Assembly: GCF_988242995.1 (NCBI RefSeq)
Contig: NZ_OZ547043.1
Length of the DNA: 64,000 bases
Strand: one strand, 5' to 3'
The translations under genes were made by a program, and so were the position numbers. Numbering within the stretch: position 1 is the stretch's first letter; the number at the start of each line of letters is the position of its first letter. This document shows positions 37,818 through 52,238 of this stretch, piece after piece. The notes beneath the pieces are model-generated. The model did no database searches, had not been told where the DNA came from, and saw only the letters and a program-made list of their open reading frames with translations.

Positions 37818-37834
37818 ATATGCAGGAGAAGATG

Positions 37835-38701
37835 ATGAGTTATCAGCCACAAACCGAAGCCGCCACCAGCCGTTTTCTGAATGTAGAAGAAGCGGGTAAA
37901 ACGCTGCGCATCCATTTTAATGACTGCGGACAAGGCGACGAAACTGTTGTCCTGCTGCATGGTTCCGGCCCGGGTGCTACTGGCTGGGCGAACTTCAGCC
38001 GCAATATCGATCCGCTGGTAGAGGCGGGCTATCGGGTGATCCTGCTGGATTGCCCGGGTTGGGGTAAGAGCGATTCGATCGTTAATAGTGGTTCGCGATC
38101 GGATCTTAATGCGCGAATCCTGAAAAGCGTGGTGGATCAACTGGATATCGCCAAAATCCACCTGCTGGGCAACTCGATGGGCGGCCACAGTTCTGTGGCG
38201 TTCACTCTTAACTGGCCGGAGCGCGTCGGCAAACTGGTGCTGATGGGCGGCGGTACGGGCGGCATGAGTTTGTTTACGCCGATGCCAACCGAAGGTATTA
38301 AGCGACTGAATCAGCTTTATCGTCAGCCGACTATCGAAAACCTGAAGCTGATGATGGATATCTTCGTTTTTGATACCAGCGATTTGACCGACGCCCTGTT
38401 TGAAGCGCGCCTGAATAATATGCTGTCGCGCCGCGTTCACCTGGAAAACTTCGTTAAGAGCCTGGAAGCCAATCCGAAACAGTTCCCGGATTTTGGCCCA
38501 CGTCTGGCGGAAATCAAAGCGCAAACCCTGATTGTCTGGGGGCGCAACGACCGCTTTGTGCCGATGGATGCGGGTCTGCGTCTGCTGTCCGGCATTGCCG
38601 GTTCTGAACTGCATATCTTCCGCGACTGTGGTCACTGGGCGCAGTGGGAACATGCCGACGCTTTCAATCAACTGGTGCTGAATTTCCTCGCACGCCCTTA
38701 A
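37835..38701 (+). CDS. mhpC: 2-hydroxy-6-ketonona-2,4-dienedioate hydrolase (alpha/beta hydrolase)
   Basis: 288 aa from [10 protein letters not shown]...; GNSMGG nucleophile elbow. Confidence 0.93.
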   Translation: MSYQPQTEAATSRFLNVEEAGKTLRIHFNDCGQGDETVVLLHGSGPGATGWANFSRNIDPLVEAGYRVILLDCPGWGKSDSIVNSGSRSDLNARILKSVVDQLDIAKIHLLGNSMGGHSSVAFTLNWPERVGKLVLMGGGTGGMSLFTPMPTEGIKRLNQLYRQPTIENLKLMMDIFVFDTSDLTDALFEARLNNMLSRRVHLENFVKSLEANPKQFPDFGPRLAEIKAQTLIVWGRNDRFVPMDAGLRLLSGIAGSELHIFRDCGHWAQWEHADAFNQLVLNFLARP

Positions 38702-40463
<1,762 letters not shown>

Positions 40464-40467
<4 letters not shown>

Positions 40468-41477
40468 ACGATAAAAAACTTTATATCTCGGACGTCACGT
40501 TGCGTGATGGTATGCACGCCATTCGTCATCAGTATTCATTGGAAAACGTTCGCCAGGTTGCCAAAGCACTGGACGATGCCCGCGTGGATTCGATTGAAGT
40601 GGCCCACGGCGACGGTTTGCAAGGTTCCAGCTTTAACTATGGTTTCGGCGCACATAGCGACCTTGAATGGATTGAAGCGGCGGCGGATGTGGTGAAGCAC
40701 GCCAAAATCGCGACGTTGTTGCTGCCTGGAATCGGCACTATTCACGATCTGAAAAATGCCTGGCAGGCTGGCGCGCGGGTGGTTCGTGTGGCAACGCACT
40801 GTACCGAAGCTGATGTTTCCGCCCAGCATATTCAGTATGCCCGCGAGCTCGGAATGGACACCGTTGGTTTTCTGATGATGAGCCATATGACCACGCCGGA
40901 GAATCTCGCAAAGCAGGCAAAGCTGATGGAAGGCTACGGTGCGACCTGTATTTATGTGGTGGATTCTGGCGGTGCGATGAACATGAGCGATATCCGTGAC
41001 CGTTTCCGCGCCCTGAAAGCAGTGCTGAAACCAGAAACGCAAACCGGCATGCACGCTCACCATAACCTGAGTCTTGGCGTGGCGAACTCTATCGCGGCGG
41101 TGGAAGAGGGCTGCGACCGAATCGACGCCAGCCTCGCGGGAATGGGCGCGGGCGCAGGTAACGCGCCGCTGGAAGTTTTTATTGCCGCCGCGGATAAACT
41201 GGGTTGGCAGCATGGGACCGATCTCTATGCGTTAATGGATGCCGCTGACGACCTGGTGCGTCCGTTGCAGGATCGACCGGTACGAGTCGATCGCGAAACG
41301 TTGGCGCTGGGATACGCTGGTGTTTACTCCAGCTTCCTGCGTCACTGTGAAACGGCGGCGGCGCGTTATGGCTTAAGCGCGGTGGATATTCTCGTTGAGC
41401 TGGGCAAACGCCGGATGGTTGGCGGCCAGGAGGATATGATCGTCGACGTGGCGCTGGATCTGCGCAACAACAAATAA
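40464..41477 (+). CDS. mhpE: 4-hydroxy-2-oxovalerate aldolase
   Basis: 337 aa. Confidence 0.95.
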
Positions 41478-41525
41478 TGATGACTGCCGAGAACGTGCAT
41501 TTTGTATGCCCATCCCAGCACGACT

Positions 41526-41559
41526 GCCGGATGCGGCGTAAACGCCTTGTTCGGCCTAC
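41526..41559. repeat. REP element
   Basis: GCCGGATGCGGCGTAAACGCCTTGTTCGGCCTAC. Confidence 0.7.
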
Positions 41560-41656
41560 ATTTTCTTCGCCCGTAGGCAGTCATTAAATGGTTCTGATTA
41601 CGCGGCTGGCAATGTATCAGCCGCGATTCACCTGCACTCGCAACGAGGTTCATCTT

Positions 41657-42868
41657 ATGTCGGCTCGTATCCCTTCATCATCTTCATCCCGCCTGATGCT
41701 GACCATCGGGCTTTGTTTTTTGGTCGCTCTGATGGAAGGACTGGATCTTCAGGCGGCTGGCATTGCGGCGGGTGGCATCGCCCAGGCTTTCGCACTCGAT
41801 AAAATGCAAATGGGCTGGATATTCAGCGCCGGAATACTCGGTTTGCTACCCGGCGCGCTGGTTGGCGGAATGCTGGCGGACCGTTATGGTCGTAAGCGTA
41901 TTTTAATTAGCTCAGTTGCGCTGTTTGGTTTGTTCTCACTGGCAACGGCGATTGCCTGGGATTTCCCCTCACTGGTCTTTGCGCGGCTGATGACCGGTGT
42001 CGGGCTGGGGGCGGCGTTGCCGAATCTTATCGCCCTGACGTCTGAAGCCGCGGGTCCACGTTTTCGTGGGACGGCAGTGAGCCTGATGTATTGCGGTGTT
42101 CCTATTGGCGCGGCGCTGGCGGCGACACTGGGTTTCGCGGGGGCAAACTTAGCATGGCAAACGGTGTTTTGGGTCGGTGGTGTGGTGCCGTTGATTCTGG
42201 TGCCGCTATTAATGCGCTGGCTGCCGGAGTCGGCGGTATTCGCTGGCGAAAAACAGGCCGCGCCTCCACTGCGTGCGTTATTTGCGCCAGAAACGGCAAC
42301 CGCGACGCTGCTGCTGTGGTTGTGTTATTTCTTCACTCTGCTGGTGGTCTACATGTTGATCAACTGGCTGCCGCTGCTTTTGGTGGAGCAAGGATTCCAG
42401 CCATCGCAGGCGGCAGGGGTGATGTTTGCACTGCAAATGGGGGCGGCAAGCGGGACGTTAATGTTGGGCGCATTGATGGATAAGCTGCGTCCAGTAACCA
42501 TGTCGCTACTGATTTATAGCGGCATGTTAGCTTCGCTGCTGGCGCTGGGAACAGTGTCGTCATTTAACGGTATGCTGCTGGCGGGATTCGTCGCGGGGTT
42601 GTTTGCGACAGGTGGGCAAAGCGTTTTGTATGCCCTGGCACCGTTGTTTTACAGTTCGCAGATCCGCGCAACAGGTGTGGGAACAGCCGTGGCGGTAGGG
42701 CGTCTGGGGGCTATGAGCGGTCCGTTACTGGCCGGGAAAATGCTGGCATTAGGTACTGGTACAGTTGGCGTAATGGCCGCTTCTGCGCCGGGTATTCTTG
42801 TTGCGGGGTTGGCGGTGTTTATTTTGATGAGCCGGAGATCACGAATACAGCCGTGCGCCGATGCCTGA
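41657..42868 (+). CDS. mhpT: 3-hydroxyphenylpropionate MFS transporter
   Basis: 403 aa from ATG 41657 (MSARIPSSSSSRLMLTIG...). Confidence 0.9.
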   Translation: MSARIPSSSSSRLMLTIGLCFLVALMEGLDLQAAGIAAGGIAQAFALDKMQMGWIFSAGILGLLPGALVGGMLADRYGRKRILISSVALFGLFSLATAIAWDFPSLVFARLMTGVGLGAALPNLIALTSEAAGPRFRGTAVSLMYCGVPIGAALAATLGFAGANLAWQTVFWVGGVVPLILVPLLMRWLPESAVFAGEKQAAPPLRALFAPETATATLLLWLCYFFTLLVVYMLINWLPLLLVEQGFQPSQAAGVMFALQMGAASGTLMLGALMDKLRPVTMSLLIYSGMLASLLALGTVSSFNGMLLAGFVAGLFATGGQSVLYALAPLFYSSQIRATGVGTAVAVGRLGAMSGPLLAGKMLALGTGTVGVMAASAPGILVAGLAVFILMSRRSRIQPCADA

Positions 42869-42969
42869 CGCGCCTTATTAAGTAGGGGCGAAAGGGACTT
42901 GCCCCCAATACACCTACGGCGTTTACAGGTATACTCGCTAAAAATTATTCAGCGGGTTTGGAAACAAAG

Positions 42970-43509
42970 ATGGCAAAACTTACCTTACAAGAGCAGTTGC
43001 TCAAAGCAGGATTAGTCACCAGCAAAAAAGCGGCGAAGGTGGAGAGAACGGCGAAAAAATCGCGCGTTCAGGCGCGTGAAGCTCGGGCGGCGGTAGAAGA
43101 AAATAAAAAGGCACAGCTTGAACGTGATAAACAGCTTAGCGAGCAGCAAAAACAAGCGGCGTTGGCGAAAGAATATAAAGCTCAGGTGAAGCAGCTTATC
43201 GAAATGAACCGAATCACCATTGCCAATGGCGATATTGGTTTTAACTTCACTGACGGTAATCTGATTAAGAAAATCTTTGTCGATAAGCTCACGCAAGCGC
43301 AGTTGATTAATGGTCGTCTGGCGATTGCCCGCTTGTTGCTCGATAACAATAGCGAAGGTGAATACGCCATTATTCCCGCCAGCGTTGCCGATAAAATTGC
43401 TCAGCGTGATGCCAGCAGTATTGTGTTGCACAGCGCGCTCAGTGCCGAAGAGCAGGATGAAGACGATCCGTATGCCGACTTCAAAGTGCCTGATGATTTG
43501 ATGTGGTAA
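42970..43509 (+). CDS. yaiL: DUF2058 protein
   Basis: 179 aa from MAKLTLQEQLLKAGL... Confidence 0.85.
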   Translation: MAKLTLQEQLLKAGLVTSKKAAKVERTAKKSRVQAREARAAVEENKKAQLERDKQLSEQQKQAALAKEYKAQVKQLIEMNRITIANGDIGFNFTDGNLIKKIFVDKLTQAQLINGRLAIARLLLDNNSEGEYAIIPASVADKIAQRDASSIVLHSALSAEEQDEDDPYADFKVPDDLMW

Positions 43510-43530
43510 ACATAGATAAGTCGTGCGCAG

Positions 43531-44740
<1,210 letters not shown>

Positions 44741-44810
44741 AAATCGCGGAAGGGATGAAACAACAGCGCCTGACGGCGCTGTGTCTGGCATGCCTGCAAT
44801 CCGGGAGACT

Positions 44811-44848
<38 letters not shown>

Positions 44849-44864
44849 GGCCTGCGGGCGAAAT

Positions 44865-44898
44865 GTAGGCGGATAAGGCGTTCACGCCGCATCCGGCA
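44865..44898. repeat. REP element
   Basis: GTAGGCGGATAAGGCGTTCACGCCGCATCCGGCA. Confidence 0.7.
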
Positions 44899-44912
44899 GT
44901 CGTGCACTATTA

Positions 44913-45746
44913 TTAACGCATATTCAGTTTATTGGCGTGGTAGGCAATATGCTCGCCAATAAAACTGGAGACAAAATAATAGCTGTGATCATAACCCTCG
45001 TGATAACGGATTAACGTTTTGATATTCATCTCCTGGCAGATCTTTTCAAGATTTGGAGTCCGCAGCTGTTCTGCGTAAAAATCATCACTCAACCCCTGAT
45101 CAACCATTATTTCCGCAATGCGTTGACCTTGTGAAATAAGACTCACCGGATCGTAATCCAACCAGGCTTCTTTATTTTCACCAAGATATGCGGTAAAGGC
45201 TTGCTGTCCCCACGGTACTTGCGATGGGGAGACAATGGGCGAAAACGCCGAGACGCTGACATATTCATCTGGATTACGTAACGCCAGCACCAGTGCGCCC
45301 AGCCCGCCCATAGAATGACCTGAGATAGACTTTCTGGCCGTTGCCGGAAAATGTTGCATCACTAAATCCGGCAGTTCGTTGCGGATATAGTCATACATTT
45401 TGTAATGTTCATTCCACGGCGCTTGCGTTGCGTTCAGGTAAAACCCGGCACCTTGCCCGAGATCGTAACGGTCGGCATCTGCGACATGACTGCCTCGCGG
45501 ACTGGTGTCTGGCGCAACAACAATAATGTTGTGCTCCGCCGCGTAACGTTGCATCCCTGATTTAGTAATGAAATTCTGCTCGTTGCAGGTCAGGCCCGAA
45601 AGCCAGTACAACACCGGCAATTTTTCACTTGCGGCTTTTGGTGGGAGATAGACGCCGACATTCATTTCACATTTCAGTGATTGGGAATAATGCCGATACA
45701 CATTTTGCCAGCCGCCAAAGCTGGCATGTTTTTCAATGAGTTCCAT
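44913..45746 (-). CDS. frmB: S-formylglutathione hydrolase
   Basis: 277 aa; esterase GHSMGG motif. Confidence 0.95.
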   Translation of the reverse strand: MELIEKHASFGGWQNVYRHYSQSLKCEMNVGVYLPPKAASEKLPVLYWLSGLTCNEQNFITKSGMQRYAAEHNIIVVAPDTSPRGSHVADADRYDLGQGAGFYLNATQAPWNEHYKMYDYIRNELPDLVMQHFPATARKSISGHSMGGLGALVLALRNPDEYVSVSAFSPIVSPSQVPWGQQAFTAYLGENKEAWLDYDPVSLISQGQRIAEIMVDQGLSDDFYAEQLRTPNLEKICQEMNIKTLIRYHEGYDHSYYFVSSFIGEHIAYHANKLNMR

Positions 45747-45839
45747 CAGTCATTATCTCACGGTTAATCCCCCGGACGGCTGCCCGGGGAGAGTATTAAG
45801 AACCCCGCCTGAACTGGACGGGGTAAAACCTGCGGGAAA

Positions 45840-46979
<1,140 letters not shown>

Positions 46980-46983
46980 TCAG

Positions 46984-47259
46984 CTATTTAAGATAGGCAC
47001 GAACCAGTTCAATAGTGTCGTCAACGGATTGGCTGACTTCGCGGCTGTAGCAGTCATTTCGGTCAAACGTTTCCCGGATATGGCTTTCAAGCACTTCTGC
47101 CATCAGCCCGTTAGCCGCGCCCCGAACGGCAGCGATCTGTTGGAGTATGGCACGGCATTCGGCATCACCCTCCAGCGACCGTTCCAGAGCATCAATCTGC
47201 CCCCGAATACGACGAACTCGAGTAAGGACCTTTTTCTTCTCTTCCGGAGTACTGGGCAT
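46984..47259 (-). CDS. frmR: formaldehyde-responsive repressor (CsoR/RcnR family)
   Basis: 91 aa from [21 protein letters not shown]... Confidence 0.9.
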
Positions 47260-47285
47260 TTCGCACCTCATCATCTGCACGCAAT

Positions 47286-47334
47286 ATACTATAGGGGGGT
47301 ATGCTATATGTCAATGCATACCCCCCTATAGTAT
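47286..47334. promoter_or_regulatory. frmRAB operator: 19-bp perfect inverted repeat with G6/C6 tracts
   Basis: ATACTATAGGGGGGTATGC ... GCATACCCCCCTATAGTAT just upstream of the frmR start. Confidence 0.8.
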
Positions 47335-47443
47335 ATAACACTGGAGAATAAAATTTATCCGGTGAATGTAGTCGGATAACAAAAAGTAAAGAGGGGCCTA
47401 ATCGACAGGGAAGGCCGCCCCGGATAGCGGGCGGCAGAAGCAA

Positions 47444-48217
47444 TCAGAATTTCCAGGTCAGATGGGCTGCAAATTGCAGACCGTTATAATCATCAGTTGG
47501 GGTGTCGTACCACACTTTACCTGCCGTCAGCCCGAGATTAAGTTGCTCAGTCAGCGGTTGAATACGTTGCAAACTGACGCTCTTCATGCTGCCGTAGCGT
47601 GTTTCTGGCGTCCAGTCATAGGTGTAAGCGCCTGTTCCGCGGCTTAGCCATAGTTGCGTATAACCAGTGCCGCGCGGGTCATTCAGACGCACGGAAATCA
47701 TATTGCTGTAACTACCACCTGCATCGCTGGAGTCATAATGGGTATAGCGGTAGCTGGAGATCACCGGGCCAGTATAGAGTGATACGCCGCCTTGCCAGGC
47801 ATCGACTTCGACATCATCGTAATATTTCGTGTAGCGATAACCGGTCGTGAAAAGCGTTTTTGGCAACAGTGCCAGGTTAATATCCTGACGAAAATCCTGG
47901 CGGGCAAAGACCGGCGTATTATCCGCAAAGGCAATACCCGTTCGGGTTGTCAGCCAGTTATTCCATTTATACCAGACCGCACCCTGACCGCGAGTGGCAT
48001 TGAAATGTTCAGTTTCATAATCACGACGCCCCTGGGAAAGATTAAAAAGCAGCGTTGCGTTTTCAACTTTCGCCACCAGTTCAGCATACGCTAAATTACG
48101 GTTGCCATGATCGCCAGAATAATCGGTAAAATCGTAGCCCGCGGTAATGGAAGTTAACCCGGCATAAGCGGGCAATGCGCTAAAAATTGCTGCCGCTAAT
48201 AACGTCCGTTTTATCAT
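47444..48217 (-). CDS. yaiO: outer-membrane beta-barrel protein
   Basis: 257 aa with signal peptide; ends in ...HLTWKF aromatic terminus. Confidence 0.9.
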   Translation of the reverse strand: MIKRTLLAAAIFSALPAYAGLTSITAGYDFTDYSGDHGNRNLAYAELVAKVENATLLFNLSQGRRDYETEHFNATRGQGAVWYKWNNWLTTRTGIAFADNTPVFARQDFRQDINLALLPKTLFTTGYRYTKYYDDVEVDAWQGGVSLYTGPVISSYRYTHYDSSDAGGSYSNMISVRLNDPRGTGYTQLWLSRGTGAYTYDWTPETRYGSMKSVSLQRIQPLTEQLNLGLTAGKVWYDTPTDDYNGLQFAAHLTWKF

Positions 48218-48218
48218 T

Positions 48219-48929
48219 TTAATCTCCTGTACGGATAAGTTCTTGTCGGAGTGAATAAGTTCCGGTAGGTAAATTACGTTCTACAATCACGCGCGGGCCA
48301 AGTTGCGTGTTCGGGGAAATAATTCGCCCAGGCAAAATAATAACTTGTACGCCAAGGCGTGAACGCTGCCCGATATAACAACCTAATTTATCGCATTCGG
48401 TAGCGATAATTCCCTCTGGAGTTCGAACAGACACGGGCTGTTGATCCAGACGATGATTACTGGTACGTACTTGTGCGCCCAAATATGCCTGGTTTGCAAC
48501 TACCGAGTCGGCGATAAAGCATTGCGGACCAATCGTTGCTTCCGCTTCAATAACCGCATTTTTAATTTCGGTGGCAAAACCAATTTTTACGCCATTGCTG
48601 ATTATTGTGCCAGGACGAATAAACGCATAATTACCTATCAGGCAGTTTGCGCCAATCACTACCGGACCCTGAATAACGGCACCGTGACAAATACGGGTAT
48701 TCGCGCCGATAACAACTTCACCTGCAGTTTCATCAATAATTACCTGGTCTGCAATCTGAATATTTTTCTCTTTAACATTAAGCTTCAGAAAGTTTTTCAG
48801 TTCCTGTGACAGAAGGTTGGGAATAAGCGGTTGACGCTTCCACCAGTGCGGAATAGCGGGTGGGTTTGTCGCGCTGAGGTTCGCGTCCAGTAAAAAAGGC
48901 AATAAGTCCATAAATAATCCAGATGGCAT
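48219..48929 (-). CDS. yaiX: hexapeptide-repeat acyl/acetyltransferase; intact here (interrupted by IS2 in K-12)
   Basis: 236-aa ORF with left-handed beta-helix repeats; start uncertain (ATG 48929 or 48911); overlaps the yaiP 3' end by about 150 nt. Confidence 0.65.
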   Translation of the reverse strand: MPSGLFMDLLPFLLDANLSATNPPAIPHWWKRQPLIPNLLSQELKNFLKLNVKEKNIQIADQVIIDETAGEVVIGANTRICHGAVIQGPVVIGANCLIGNYAFIRPGTIISNGVKIGFATEIKNAVIEAEATIGPQCFIADSVVANQAYLGAQVRTSNHRLDQQPVSVRTPEGIIATECDKLGCYIGQRSRLGVQVIILPGRIISPNTQLGPRVIVERNLPTGTYSLRQELIRTGD

Positions 48930-49974
48930 AAGCTAATAATACATACACAACGGAAAGCGGCGCTAAAGGCACCAACAACCAGCAACGATGAAACCAGGCG
49001 CTAAAAGCACCAATAACACAAACTACGCCGACCCAGATAAGCGGAAACATTGCCAACACCACACCATGCGGCCCGGTGGTGATGAATTCATTAAACCAGG
49101 TAGTGAGATAAATCCCAACGCCATAAAGCACAACCAACAGCATAGGAAATATACTGAAGATACCGAAGCGGCTAAATAAAAGCCTTTTATGCAGGCGCAT
49201 ACAGACCGCGTAGCCCACAATCCAACGCCGCCAGCGACGCCATTCCTCACGCGGGCTGTTGCATTCCTGTGGGTATACGATGCAGCGATTCGCCTGCCGA
49301 ATACGATAGCCGTTTGCCACCAATGTCCAGGTGAGATCAAGGTCTTCGACTTTAGTACGATCAGAGAAACCGAACTTACGCAATACATCAGTACGGAACA
49401 TCCCGCAGGCACCGCTGATAATAAACGGTGCGCCGCCCAGGAGCTGCTGTAGCGTGCGCTTCATAACAATCATCGGCAACTTTACGGTCGCGCGGATGTG
49501 CGGTAACAGACCCGCGCCTTTCAACGCAGTAGAGGGAATGCCGCCTACGGCATCAGCACCGCGCTCTATTTCTGCAAGCATATAGCCCATTCCGTCTTGA
49601 TCGGGCGGAACATAGGTGTCGGCATCACTTAAAAAAACCTGGTCGCAGGTGGCGTAATTGAGGCCATTCATCAGCGCACCACCTTTACCGGTATTTTTTT
49701 GCGTGACGGCAACAAAGCGGTCGCCCCATTTGCGTTTGACTTCCGCCATGACCGCTTCGGTATTGTCCGTGGAGCCGTCGTTTACGCAAATTACCCGGCA
49801 AAAATAAGGATTACGCAGCAGATTATCCAGTGACTGTGCCAGACACGGGCCTTCGTTATAAGCAGGTATAATGGCGTCAATACAGCCTTTCTTTTGACTG
49901 GGTTTACGTTTTAGCGTACTTAAAAACCATAGCAACATTGCTATGGACATACAGATAAATATCCAGGTTTTCAT
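48778..49974 (-). CDS. yaiP: family-2 glycosyltransferase with C-terminal membrane domain
   Basis: 398 aa; GT2 motifs (VNDGSTDNT, SDADT). Confidence 0.9.
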   Translation of the reverse strand: MKTWIFICMSIAMLLWFLSTLKRKPSQKKGCIDAIIPAYNEGPCLAQSLDNLLRNPYFCRVICVNDGSTDNTEAVMAEVKRKWGDRFVAVTQKNTGKGGALMNGLNYATCDQVFLSDADTYVPPDQDGMGYMLAEIERGADAVGGIPSTALKGAGLLPHIRATVKLPMIVMKRTLQQLLGGAPFIISGACGMFRTDVLRKFGFSDRTKVEDLDLTWTLVANGYRIRQANRCIVYPQECNSPREEWRRWRRWIVGYAVCMRLHKRLLFSRFGIFSIFPMLLVVLYGVGIYLTTWFNEFITTGPHGVVLAMFPLIWVGVVCVIGAFSAWFHRCWLLVPLAPLSVVYVLLAYAIWIIYGLIAFFTGREPQRDKPTRYSALVEASTAYSQPSVTGTEKLSEA

Positions 49975-49983
49975 GCAATTTGC

Positions 49984-50655
49984 TCAAAGAATCATTTTAT
50001 GAATTACAAAGCCTTCACCCAGATCGCTATTGACCTGTTGCCCGCGAAATTGTGCAACTGCACGCAGGCGATCATGACGCATATAATCGCGTCGTTCCTG
50101 GCTTTTATGTTTTTTTAATGCAGCAAGTTTGACTGTGAAATATTCTTCTTTAACGGATTCAAAAACCTGAGGCATAAATGAAAGCCAGGTGCTTGGGGTT
50201 TCGTAGCCGAGAATTTGTGGAATAGTTCGGCAGGCAACCATTGAAGCTTGATAAACAGCAAGATGATCCTGATGGCGGTCGGCATCATGCATGGTATATA
50301 CCCGCATGATTTCAACATCAGAAGGAATTTGATTTTTAATGATGTCTTCCAGGGCGGAAATCATATCATTGAGCTGCAAATGCGCGCGGGTGTCAGCAAA
50401 ATTAAGATGAATAGTTTGGTGGCACCCTAATATCTTTAGGGCGTTGCGCGATTCTTCATGGCGATCGATTATTCCATCTGTGCCAGAGTTGCCGGTAGTC
50501 ATCACCACGGCTGCGATATAAATTCCTTTTTGCGCAAGACGAGCAAGCGACGCGCCACAGCCCAATTCTATATCATCAGGATGTGCGCCAATAGCAAGGA
50601 TACCCTTTCTTTTATTTGCCGAAGAAAGGATGGCTGAATCTAAAACCTTATCCAC
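49984..50655 (-). CDS. yaiS: PIG-L/LmbE-family deacetylase
   Basis: 223-aa ORF with AIGAHPDDIELGCG motif; the K-12 annotation may use a shorter start. Confidence 0.8.
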   Translation of the reverse strand: MDKVLDSAILSSANKRKGILAIGAHPDDIELGCGASLARLAQKGIYIAAVVMTTGNSGTDGIIDRHEESRNALKILGCHQTIHLNFADTRAHLQLNDMISALEDIIKNQIPSDVEIMRVYTMHDADRHQDHLAVYQASMVACRTIPQILGYETPSTWLSFMPQVFESVKEEYFTVKLAALKKHKSQERRDYMRHDRLRAVAQFRGQQVNSDLGEGFVIHKMIL

Positions 50656-51263
50656 TTAATGACACTCCATTTTATTTATTATACTACAAGCACAACGATG
50701 CCCGCAGAGACGTAATCTCTGGCACAGACAGATGCTAATTTTTAAGTGTTAAAAATTACTGATAGCTGAAAAATAAGGGGCTTTCAGGTACGGGGATACG
50801 GCTGCGTAATCTTTTATGTAGTTCATATGTTAAGTGTTTGTGTGTTTGGTTTGTATAGTTATTTTGTTTTATATATTGTATTTAGATGTGATTTAGTTTG
50901 TCAATTAATTACATATTAAAAATATGTTCTAGGCACAAATATGGATTATATACATTATGTGAATGTATTATGTGGTTGATTGAGAATGATACAGTTATAT
51001 ATGCAATGTGAATATAATGATTTCATTATATGTATTGCTGTTAATAAAATAAAAGACATTATGTTCTGCTTGTTTATGCATTAATAAAAATGAAGTGCAG
51101 TAACTTACTGAATTGTCAGAGTGGGTGTAATTGCATATTTAATCTTTCCTTTGCCGCTTTTTTGCTAAGAATAAAATCATCTGTGCGATAACGACTAATT
51201 CTTTTAATGAATGTTTTTATTCCTGAATACTGCTCCTATAACAAGACAGGGGAGCAGACAATC

Positions 51264-52226
51264 ATGGCAATTTCATCGCGTAACACACTTCTTGCCGCAC
51301 TGGCATTCATCGCTTTTCAGGCACAGGCGGTGAACGTCACCGTGGCCTATCAAACCTCCGCTGAACCGGCGAAAGTGGCTCAGGCTGATAACACCTTTGC
51401 TAAAGAGAGCGGGGCGACGGTGGACTGGCGTAAGTTTGACAGCGGAGCCAGCATCGTGCGGGCGCTGGCTTCAGGCGATGTCCAAATCGGTAACCTCGGT
51501 TCCAGCCCATTAGCGGTGGCAGCCAGCCAACAGGTGCCGATTGAAGTCTTCTTACTGGCGTCAAAACTGGGTAACTCCGAAGCGCTGGTGGTAAAGAAAA
51601 CTATCAGCAAACCGGAAGATCTCATTGGCAAACGCATCGCCGTACCGTTTATCTCCACCACCCACTACAGCCTGCTGGCGGCGCTGAAACACTGGGGTAT
51701 AAAACCCGGACAAGTGGAGATAGTGAACCTGCAGCCACCCGCGATTATCGCCGCATGGCAACGGGGAGACATTGATGGTGCTTATGTCTGGGCACCGGCG
51801 GTTAACGCCCTGGAAAAAGACGGCAAGGTGCTGACCGATTCTGAACAGGTCGGGCAGTGGGGCGCGCCGACGCTGGATGTCTGGGTAGTGCGCAAAGATT
51901 TTGCCGAGAAACATCCTGAGGTCGTGAAAGCGTTCGCTAAAAGCGCCATCGATGCTCAGCAACCGTACATTGCTAACCCAGACGCGTGGCTGAAACAGCC
52001 TGAAAACATCAGCAAACTGGCGCGGTTAAGCGGCGTGCCTGAAGGTGACGTTCCGGGGCTGGTGAAGGGGAATACCTATCTGACGCCGCAGCAGCAAACG
52101 GCAGAACTGACCGGATCGGTGAACAAAGCGATCATCGACACCGCGCAGTTTTTGAAAGAGCAGGGCAAAGTCCCGGCTGTAGCGAACGATTACAGCCAGT
52201 ACGTGACCTCGCGCTTCGTGCAATAA
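51264..52226 (+). CDS. tauA: taurine ABC transporter periplasmic binding protein
   Basis: 320 aa from MAISSRNTLLAALAFIAFQAQA... Confidence 0.93.
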   Translation: MAISSRNTLLAALAFIAFQAQAVNVTVAYQTSAEPAKVAQADNTFAKESGATVDWRKFDSGASIVRALASGDVQIGNLGSSPLAVAASQQVPIEVFLLASKLGNSEALVVKKTISKPEDLIGKRIAVPFISTTHYSLLAALKHWGIKPGQVEIVNLQPPAIIAAWQRGDIDGAYVWAPAVNALEKDGKVLTDSEQVGQWGAPTLDVWVVRKDFAEKHPEVVKAFAKSAIDAQQPYIANPDAWLKQPENISKLARLSGVPEGDVPGLVKGNTYLTPQQQTAELTGSVNKAIIDTAQFLKEQGKVPAVANDYSQYVTSRFVQ

Positions 52227-52238
52227 AAGGAGGCGCAG

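Noticed and set aside
37772-37834. Longer mhpC start (MDCRIWLV...)
   Set aside because: It overlaps the mhpB 3' end; conserved MhpC begins at MSYQPQ
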